Assembly (NCBI GenBank): GCA_031367385.1
Contig: JANLPS010000324.1
Span: 1 to 36,049, forward strand
Direction: 5' to 3'
DNA: 36,049 bases
Origin: Archangium sp.
GTDB taxonomy: Bacteria > Myxococcota > Myxococcia > Myxococcales > Myxococcaceae
Made by a program: the position numbers and the translations under genes. The notes under the pieces are model-generated. The model searched no databases. It was given only the letters and a program-made list of their open reading frames with translations, and had not been told where the DNA came from. Positions within the stretch are counted from its first letter, which is position 1. Every line of letters starts with the position of its first letter. Of the stretch, positions 29,784 to 36,049 are shown in pieces.

Positions 29784-31439
29784 TCAGCGCAGCGCTCGCG
29801 CCTGGGCCGTCTTGCCTTCGGCGAACAAGGTGGTCTCGCACTTGTGCAGCAGTTGCTCGAAGCCGGTTCGATTGACCGCGCTGACCGCCACGCCTCCGCG
29901 GGTGCGCAGCAATTTCGTCACCTCGGGTGTCGACAGCCGGTCGACCTTGTTCCACACGATGACGCGCGGCCGCTCGTTCAGCTCGAGCGAGGTGAGAATC
30001 TTCTCGACCGCTTCAATCTGCCCCTCGTGGGCCGGGTCTGAGGCATCGACCACGTGCAGCAAGAGCGAGGCGTCTTCGAGCTCTTCGAGCGTGGCGCGAA
30101 ACGCGTTCACCAGGTCTTTGGGCAAGTCGCGAATGAAGCCCACCGTGTCGGTCATGATCACCTCATGCTCGGTGGGGAAGCGGAGCCTCCGGCTGGTCGG
30201 GTCGAGGGTGGCGAACAGCTTGTCTTCGGCCAGCACCTGCGACTGGGTGAGCCCGTTGAGCAACGTCGATTTGCCCGCGTTGGTGTAGCCGACGATCGAG
30301 ATGACCGGCAGCTCACGCCGATTTCGCTGAGCCCGCCGGGTCTTGCGGTCACTCGAGAGCTGCTCGATTTTTTTCTCGAGCAACGAGACGCGGTCGCGCA
30401 CCCGGCGACGGTCGATCTCGAGCTTGGTCTCACCGGGGCCGCGGCCGCCAATGCCGCCAGCGAGCCGCGAGAGCGAGGTGTCTGACTGAACCAGGCGTGG
30501 CAGCAGGTACTTGAGCTGTGCGAGCTCGACCTGGAGCTTGCCGTCGGCGCTCTGGGCACGCTGAGCGAAGATGTCGAGAATCAGCTGGGTGCGGTCGAGC
30601 ACCTTGAGCTCAGTCGCCTCGGAGATGCCGCGGGCCTGCGACGGTGCGAGGTTTTGATCGAAGATGATCAGGTCGGCCATCTGCTGCATCGCGCGCAGGT
30701 TGATCTCATCGAGCTTGCCGCGGCCGATCAAATACTTCGGGTCGGCGAATTTTCGATTCTGCAGCAGCGAGTCGACCACCTCGACGCCGGCGGTGCGGGC
30801 CAGCTCCTTGAGCTCTTGCAGTGAGGCTTCGCTGGCGAGCCGTTTGCCGTCGAGGCACACCGCGACCAGTATCGCGCGGTTGCCAGTGCCGATCTTTCGG
30901 GCTTTGGCCTTGAGCGCGAACTCATCTTCGAGCGATGCGACGGTTTGACCGAAGTCGGGTTGATCGTCGTAGACGTTCGCGAGCGTCTCGGTGCGCCAGA
31001 GGGCGCCATCGCCATTCTCGGGCAGCAGGTGTGCGTAGTGCAGCACGCCGGGCAACCCATCTTCCCGCACGCCAATCGCGGCGATCAGGTCGAGGCGCAG
31101 CAAGGCGAGGTCGGTGAGGTCGTCTTTGGTGAGCGCCTCGCTCTTCAAGTGGGTGTGCACCAGGCGCAACCCGCGCAGTCGAACCTGGCCAGCGCGGGCC
31201 CGGCCGATGTCGGGCAATTCGAGCTGATGTGCGTTGCCGACGATGACGAACTCGACCTCGCCCTTGCGGCTGAGCAGCACGCCGACCTGGCGGTTGATCT
31301 CGAGCGATATCTCGGTGAGGTGGCGGGCCAGCTCAGGGCTCACGATCTCGCCCGGCGAGACGCGGCGGCGGTAGGTATTTCGCAGCTGCTTGAGCTCGCT
31401 GGGCTTGAGCCCCAGCGTGTTCCCAAAAGGTTCATTCAT
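29784..31439 (-). CDS. hflX: Ribosome-splitting GTPase HflX (long N-terminal form)
   Basis: [33 protein letters not shown]. Start [12 protein letters not shown] at 31439. Confidence 0.97.
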   Translation of the reverse strand: MNEPFGNTLGLKPSELKQLRNTYRRRVSPGEIVSPELARHLTEISLEINRQVGVLLSRKGEVEFVIVGNAHQLELPDIGRARAGQVRLRGLRLVHTHLKSEALTKDDLTDLALLRLDLIAAIGVREDGLPGVLHYAHLLPENGDGALWRTETLANVYDDQPDFGQTVASLEDEFALKAKARKIGTGNRAILVAVCLDGKRLASEASLQELKELARTAGVEVVDSLLQNRKFADPKYLIGRGKLDEINLRAMQQMADLIIFDQNLAPSQARGISEATELKVLDRTQLILDIFAQRAQSADGKLQVELAQLKYLLPRLVQSDTSLSRLAGGIGGRGPGETKLEIDRRRVRDRVSLLEKKIEQLSSDRKTRRAQRNRRELPVISIVGYTNAGKSTLLNGLTQSQVLAEDKLFATLDPTSRRLRFPTEHEVIMTDTVGFIRDLPKDLVNAFRATLEELEDASLLLHVVDASDPAHEGQIEAVEKILTSLELNERPRVIVWNKVDRLSTPEVTKLLRTRGGVAVSAVNRTGFEQLLHKCETTLFAEGKTAQARALR

Positions 31440-31560
31440 ATGCGGCGGTGACACTGCCCACGTTTGGGCTCGAGCGTCATCATCCAACGCATCGACAAGC
31501 CCATGACGAAGGGCCAGGTCGGCCGCTCACCTGCTCGGGGAGCCGCTTAAAAACAATCCA

Positions 31561-31589
31561 AGCCGGAGCCCTGCAAGAGGTCTCCGGCT
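31561..31589 (-). terminator. Hairpin downstream of precursor copy 1
   Basis: AGCCGGAG...CTCCGGCT stem followed on the minus strand by TGGATTGTTTTT. Confidence 0.6.
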
Positions 31590-31616
31590 CGGAACGTCGA
31601 AATCAAACGAAGAGAC

Positions 31617-31727
31617 TTACGCGCCGCCGTGAGCCGACTCGCAAAGACCGCCGGCGACCTGAGTTCCTTGAATGCCCGTCAACACCTTCACGACTTTGAG
31701 CTTCAGATCCAGCTTTGACTTCTTCAT
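31617..31727 (-). CDS. RiPP precursor peptide, copy 1 (36 aa, double-Gly leader, core LCESAHGGA)
   Basis: MKKSKLDLKLKVVKVLTGIQGTQVAGG|LCESAHGGA; AAGGA RBS 8 nt upstream; identical protein to copy 2; next to a LanC-like gene. Confidence 0.85.
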   Translation of the reverse strand: MKKSKLDLKLKVVKVLTGIQGTQVAGGLCESAHGGA

Positions 31728-31780
31728 GGGGTATTTCCTTTGGTTTGGTGGGTTGGTTCTTCGGTAACGCAAACATTGAT

Positions 31781-31796
31781 TGCAAAGCAGTTGCCA
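31781..31796 (-). promoter_or_regulatory. Sigma54 (-24/-12) promoter for precursor copy 1
   Basis: Minus strand TGGCAACTGCTTTGCA, GG-N10-GC. Confidence 0.7.
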
Positions 31797-31929
31797 CTGG
31801 CCAGAACACCATGATCCGCACGCTTGAGGGCAAGTCTCGCACTGTACAGATGCTCGCTGTGAACTCCTCGACGCATTGAGCGCGCATCGCTTCACAAACG
31901 CAATGTGATCGCCTGTGCGATGAAGGCCC

Positions 31930-32895
31930 TCACCAAGGCTGCAACGACATCGGCAGGCCCGGCAAATCGATTTCGTGAGGGTGCTCGAGACGAACCCGCG
32001 CGAATGTGGGCCCAAGGGCGCCCGTCTTCCACGTTTCGTCGGTTGGGTCGGTCACCGCGAGCCCGTTGAGCAGTTGACGCGCGGCAACCAAGTAACTCTC
32101 GTCTTCGGTCGTTCGGTAGAGCTCAATCAGCACTTCCGCGCGCCCCGCCACGCCGCAGCAAAAGGAATGATCGCCTCCTTGGAGGGGGACCGTTTCGAGG
32201 GCGACCGAGAGAAGATCCTCGTAAGCCGTATCTTCAGAATATCGGAGCCCCAGAATCGCGGCGAGGCAGATGCCCGGGCCGCCGGTGCACACGCCGTGCG
32301 TCTTGAGGAGCAGACTTCGATCGTCTGAGTTCGTTTGCCAGACAGGCCCGTCAGGCGTGGCGATGGCGGAGGATTTGAGAATTTGGATGGTTCGGTGCCG
32401 CAACCCTGTCTCGTGCGAGCCGATCAGCGCGCGAGCCATCTCGAATGAAACGAGGCAGCCCGCGAGCCCGTGGCCAAACCCGATGGCTACCGACTCTCCA
32501 CGCTCCGCTCTGCGAAGCAGCCGCGCGAGCTCGCCTTCGACACTCCTTTGAAGCAGGAGCAAGGTGTCGCGAGCATCGGGCCGAAATGGCCCCACCAGCC
32601 CCAGAACCGGTATGGCGCCCGCGGCACCCGCGTAAAAGTCGCCAGGCCGAGCATGGCCGATCGAGCGAGTGAATCGACCCCAGAGCGCATCCGAGATGGG
32701 CGCTCCGTGAAGGCTCGAGAGTGCGAGGAGCGACCCACTTGAGCTCCAAATTTGGCAGTCCGCGACCTCCGGTCCGTTGGTCTGAGCCGACAACGGCAAG
32801 GCAGCGATGCGATGCCCCTTCAGACGGGCGGTCTGAAGCTCGATGTAGGCCTTCATGGCCCCAACACCGAAAAAGCCGCCCTCACATGTGTTCAT
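31930..32895 (-). CDS. Stand-alone LanC-like (lanthionine synthetase C) Zn-dependent cyclase
   Basis: GxxG barrel repeats DFYAGAAG, GFGHGLAG, GVCTGGPG, SFCCGVAG, WKTGALG; an in-frame stop lies just upstream of ATG 32895. Confidence 0.85.
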   Translation of the reverse strand: MNTCEGGFFGVGAMKAYIELQTARLKGHRIAALPLSAQTNGPEVADCQIWSSSGSLLALSSLHGAPISDALWGRFTRSIGHARPGDFYAGAAGAIPVLGLVGPFRPDARDTLLLLQRSVEGELARLLRRAERGESVAIGFGHGLAGCLVSFEMARALIGSHETGLRHRTIQILKSSAIATPDGPVWQTNSDDRSLLLKTHGVCTGGPGICLAAILGLRYSEDTAYEDLLSVALETVPLQGGDHSFCCGVAGRAEVLIELYRTTEDESYLVAARQLLNGLAVTDPTDETWKTGALGPTFARVRLEHPHEIDLPGLPMSLQPW

Positions 32896-32958
32896 CGAGG
32901 CTGGTTAAACCGCTCATCGGCAAATGAATAGAATTTCGAACCAGTTTGAAACACTCCA

Positions 32959-32988
32959 AGCCGGAGGCCTCGAAAGAGGGCCCCGGCT
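32959..32988 (-). terminator. Hairpin between precursor copy 2 and the LanC-like gene
   Basis: AGCCGG-aggCCTC-gaaa-GAGG-gcc-CCGGCT. Confidence 0.55.
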
Positions 32989-33016
32989 CGGAACGTCGAA
33001 ATCAAACAAAAGAGAC

Positions 33017-33127
33017 TTACGCGCCGCCGTGAGCCGACTCGCAAAGACCGCCGGCGACCTGAGTTCCTTGAATGCCCGTCAACACCTTCACGACTTTGAG
33101 CTTCAGATCCAGTTTTGACTTCTTCAT
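33017..33127 (-). CDS. RiPP precursor peptide, copy 2
   Basis: Differs from copy 1 by one synonymous base (Lys5 AAA vs AAG). Confidence 0.85.
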   Translation of the reverse strand: MKKSKLDLKLKVVKVLTGIQGTQVAGGLCESAHGGA

Positions 33128-33179
33128 GGGGTATTTCCTTTGTTTGGTGGGTTGGTTCGTCAGTGACGCAGATCCTAGT

Positions 33180-33195
33180 AGCAAAATGATTGCCA
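33180..33195 (-). promoter_or_regulatory. Sigma54 (-24/-12) promoter for precursor copy 2 and the LanC-like gene
   Basis: Minus strand TGGCAATCATTTTGCT, GG-N10-GC, at almost the same distance from the ATG as in copy 1. Confidence 0.7.
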
Positions 33196-33389
33196 CTCGC
33201 GACGCACAGTGTTTCGGCACCGATCAGAACAGGCGCCAACCTCTAAAGAAGCTCGTTGTGAACATCTCATTGCATTGAGCGCGCGTCATTTCACACAACT
33301 CACAATGTCAGAGGGTCGACCACCTGCGTTTCTCGAGGTCGCGACGCGCTTCCGCATGAGGGTGAGCCACGGTACGTTGATGGCGGCCC

Positions 33390-34811
33390 ATGACCGAAAA
33401 ATATCACCTCAACCCACTTCATATTCGGCTCGATGGTTCGTACCTCATTCAGGTTTCGGCGAATGAGCTCCTTCAAGCGAACGCTCCAGAGTACCTCGAG
33501 CTTTTGGCGCGCATGACACCTGCATCGAAGCGCACCGTGCTCGGGGCGCTCTCACTGAGCTCGAAGGGCTCGGCGTCTGAAAACGTCTCCCAGTTTGAGG
33601 AGCTCGTTCGAAGCCGAATTCTCGTCCCTCAGTCTCAATTGGTCGCGCACACCGAGGGCGTGCTGCTCCCCAAAATCGACGGCTACATTCGCGATGAGGT
33701 CGAAAAAGCGGTCAAGAAATATCCCAGTCACCTCAGAGGGGGCAGGGAGCGTCGGCCAAAGCCCCGACCCTTCATTCTCGATGTGCTCCCAAATGAGAGT
33801 CGGCGGCCATTTATCGCTCACTTGCTGCTGAACGCGGTGCGCCAGGGTTTCACCGTGAAATCGACGCTCACCAATTCTGTGCTTCAGCTCGCGGTCAAGA
33901 AGGGCCGCCACGAGCGGGTTTTCACGAGCCAGTACAGCGTACTCGCCGAGCCAGACGCACGCGCGGAGAGTCTGTCGACCATCAAGTGGGCCGCGAACTA
34001 CCTCTGCGGTCAAGCGGGTATACCGGTGCCCGCTCAAGCGCTTTGCAAAGACGTGGGCAGCGCCGAGCGGTTCGTCGAAAAAGTCGGTTTTCCGGTCGTG
34101 ATCAAACCCATTGAGGGGTGGGGGGGCACTGACGTGTACCCCAACCTGGGTTCACTGGAGCGGGTCAGAGAGGTGATCGAGCTCTTGAAACCCGCCTGGA
34201 GCAATCGGTTGATCATCGAGAAGCACATCTTCGGTAACAACTACCGACTTCTCGTATTGGGCAATGAAGTGATTTCGATCTACGCGGGCCTCCCTCCCAT
34301 CGTCGTTGGCGATGGCGTGGCAACCATTCGGGCGCTCATCGCTGCAGAAAACGAGCGGCGCTACCACGCTCGCCGTTTCGAGCACGGTGAAAACGCCGTC
34401 GTCATTGACGAAGAGCTGAAAGGCATTCTCCGTGTCGAGCGCCTCACCCTTGGCTCCGTTTTGCCGAAGGGCAAACGCCTGCAGGTTCACTACAACCTCA
34501 ACCGGAGCCGAGGAACCCGGGTACGGATCATCGCCCCGCACACGATTCACCCCGCGGTTCGGCAAATGGCAGTGAAGGCAGTTCGACTCTTCGGCTTTCA
34601 CTACGCTGCGATCGACTATGTCTCGACTTCATTGACTTCGTCACCAGCGCAAACGGGAGGCGTCATCTGTGAAGTTCAAACGGGCCCGATGCTCCCCTCG
34701 CCACCGATCAACATGACCGAGTTCGTTCAGCACATGCTGGCGTATCGAGGCGATTCGCGCAGACCCTCGGCAACGTTGAAGGTCGTTCGACAGACCCGCA
34801 CCTCAAGCTGA
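33390..34811 (+). CDS. Stand-alone ATP-grasp enzyme (cyanophycin synthetase/GshF-type domain) with a putative N-terminal RRE
   Basis: GIPVP, GFPVVIKP..GWGG, IIEKHIFGNNYRLLV, VVGDGVATIRALIAAEN, AAIDY, ICEVQTGP; no Mur-ligase or Glu-Cys ligase domain. Confidence 0.85.
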   Translation: MTEKYHLNPLHIRLDGSYLIQVSANELLQANAPEYLELLARMTPASKRTVLGALSLSSKGSASENVSQFEELVRSRILVPQSQLVAHTEGVLLPKIDGYIRDEVEKAVKKYPSHLRGGRERRPKPRPFILDVLPNESRRPFIAHLLLNAVRQGFTVKSTLTNSVLQLAVKKGRHERVFTSQYSVLAEPDARAESLSTIKWAANYLCGQAGIPVPAQALCKDVGSAERFVEKVGFPVVIKPIEGWGGTDVYPNLGSLERVREVIELLKPAWSNRLIIEKHIFGNNYRLLVLGNEVISIYAGLPPIVVGDGVATIRALIAAENERRYHARRFEHGENAVVIDEELKGILRVERLTLGSVLPKGKRLQVHYNLNRSRGTRVRIIAPHTIHPAVRQMAVKAVRLFGFHYAAIDYVSTSLTSSPAQTGGVICEVQTGPMLPSPPINMTEFVQHMLAYRGDSRRPSATLKVVRQTRTSS

Positions 34812-34821
34812 CTTTTCTTGG

Positions 34822-36048
34822 TCAGGGCTGCGGAGCGTGCCATTCACCGCAATCGCCAAAGCTCGACCGCGGCACGATGACATTGCTCGAAATTTCGAGG
34901 GGGTTCAGGCATCGCCAGTCGGCCTGACCGCCCCGCAGAGGGTCGAACAGAAGTGCCAGGGGCTGGGTGCCAAGACCGGTGATCAGGCTCCCGTTCGACA
35001 ACCAGCGCACGTCGGTGGTGTTGGCCCCCGCTTCGAGCCGGTCGACTGCGAGGCCGTGCTCCAGGTCCCAGATGAAGATCGTGCCAGCGTTGTCGATGCT
35101 GGCAATCTGGTTGCCATCGGGGCTCACGTGGGCCCAGCTGACGGCTTGGGTGTGCCCGGTGAAACGACGAACCAGCGCCTGGTTGTCGACGCTCCACAGG
35201 GCGATCAGTTGGTCGCGACCCGTGGTGAGGAGCTGGTGATCACCAGAAACGAAGCTCACCGACATCGTCTCATTGCCGTGGGCGCGCCACGAGTGGAGCT
35301 CGCGTTGGTCGCGCCAGCTCCAGACGTGCACCGTGCCATTGGCGCAGCCGGTGGCGAGGAGGCTCCCGTCGCTCGAAAACGCAAGCGTCGTGACACCTGA
35401 GTTGTGGCGGAGCGTGGCGACGTTCGTGCCGGCTGAGACGTCCCATACCTTGGCGGTCGTGTCGTCGCTCCCCGACCCGAGAAACTGTGCGTCACGCGTG
35501 AACTCGAGGCGCTTGATGGGTTGGGTGTGGCCCCGCAGTCGAACTGGCGTCACGACGGGCGCCCACCGCGCCAGGCAAATGTCGTTCTCATCGTCAGAGG
35601 CGACCAGCGGTTGATCGCCCAGGGTTGCCGCCATCGACCAGGGTGCCGCACACCCCGTGACCTTCATGCGATCGATGAGCTGACCGTCGGGCAGACGCCA
35701 GCGTGCATACTCGCCATTGTCGGGCCCCGACAGCGCCCACGTCTGGTCGTTCGACGGCCAAACGAAGGTGTTCTCGCCTACTTCGAACTGGTGCAGGGTC
35801 TTCAGCGCGCTCAGGGCCCAGAGTCGGAGCATGCCGTCGCTCGAGCTCGTCACGAACCGGCCCGGCCCGATTGAAGCGAAGCCCACCAACGCGCTGACAT
35901 GCCCATTGAGTGATTCGAGTGGTGCGCTGATGCCCACGCGCCACCAGTGCAGCACTCCATCGGCGGTCGCCGTCATGACTTCGCGGTCATTGAGAACCGA
36001 AATGGTCTTGACCGGAGCTCGGTGGTTGAAGGTGCCGACGGTGACGCC
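34822..36048 (-). CDS. WD40-repeat protein, 5' end outside the window
   Basis: Repeated GH..V..F.PDG..LASGS.D.T.KVWD units; the frame stays open upstream of Met 35976 to the window edge. Confidence 0.9.
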   Translation of the reverse strand, partial: GVTVGTFNHRAPVKTISVLNDREVMTATADGVLHWWRVGISAPLESLNGHVSALVGFASIGPGRFVTSSSDGMLRLWALSALKTLHQFEVGENTFVWPSNDQTWALSGPDNGEYARWRLPDGQLIDRMKVTGCAAPWSMAATLGDQPLVASDDENDICLARWAPVVTPVRLRGHTQPIKRLEFTRDAQFLGSGSDDTTAKVWDVSAGTNVATLRHNSGVTTLAFSSDGSLLATGCANGTVHVWSWRDQRELHSWRAHGNETMSVSFVSGDHQLLTTGRDQLIALWSVDNQALVRRFTGHTQAVSWAHVSPDGNQIASIDNAGTIFIWDLEHGLAVDRLEAGANTTDVRWLSNGSLITGLGTQPLALLFDPLRGGQADWRCLNPLEISSNVIVPRSSFGDCGEWHAPQP

Positions 36049-36049
36049 T

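Larger units (their letters stand above)
31551..31906 (+). repeat. Imperfect direct repeat unit 1 (hairpin + precursor gene + promoter), paired with 32949-33308
   Basis: Colinear with unit 2: near-identical over the CDS and RBS, patchily conserved in the promoter. Confidence 0.95.
32949..33308 (+). repeat. Imperfect direct repeat unit 2
   Basis: See unit 1; the CDS offset is exactly 1400 bp. Confidence 0.95.

Noticed and set aside
31551..33308. Direct repeats as IS ends, att sites or a CRISPR array
   Set aside because: Only two copies, with conservation centred on a peptide CDS and promoter motifs; no transposase, integrase or cas gene.
33370..33385. CGGTACGTTGATGGC as a sigma54 promoter for the ATP-grasp gene
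   Set aside because: Has GG-N10-GC spacing but sits so close to ATG 33390 that transcription would start inside the gene.
33390..34811. Calling the ATP-grasp cphA or gshF
   Set aside because: Only 473 aa, lacking the Mur-ligase-like domain of CphA1 and the Glu-Cys ligase domain of GshF; no cyanophycinase nearby.
34822..36048. WD40 gene as part of the RiPP cluster
   Set aside because: Convergent, truncated by the window edge, and with no sequence evidence of linkage; cannot be fully excluded without flanking sequence.

Overview
High-GC bacterial DNA that looks myxobacterial (Myxococcota). The evidence is a CglB-like vWA lipoprotein, an AgmX/PglI-like domain, PEGA proteins, a Hanks-type kinase, an FHA-GGDEF cyclase and a long-form HflX. 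Most of the window is ordinary chromosome: class III nucleotide cyclase, double PARP-type zinc-finger protein, Tat amidohydrolase, Flp pilin, atpD-atpC, GNAT, kinase/PEGA/solute-binding lipoprotein/TonB receptor, AEC transporter plus porin, ECF42-type sigma with DGPF protein, GldA/F/G-like ABC system with DUF4340, cglB-like, gluQ, manA, hflX and a truncated WD40 gene. The stand-out is a compact candidate RiPP locus at about 31.55-34.81 kb, upstream of hflX. Two copies of an identical 36-aa double-glycine precursor (leader MKKSKLDLKLKVVKVLTGIQGTQVAGG, core LCESAHGGA) lie exactly 1400 bp apart. Each has its own sigma54-type promoter, conserved upstream inverted repeat and downstream hairpin. They flank a stand-alone LanC-like Zn cyclase with a CCG motif. 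A divergent cyanophycin-synthetase/GshF-type ATP-grasp enzyme has an N-terminus resembling a RiPP recognition element. No dehydratase, peptidase or exporter is visible in the window, so the locus fits neither canonical lanthipeptides nor graspetides. All functional calls rest on motif recognition by eye; no searches were run.
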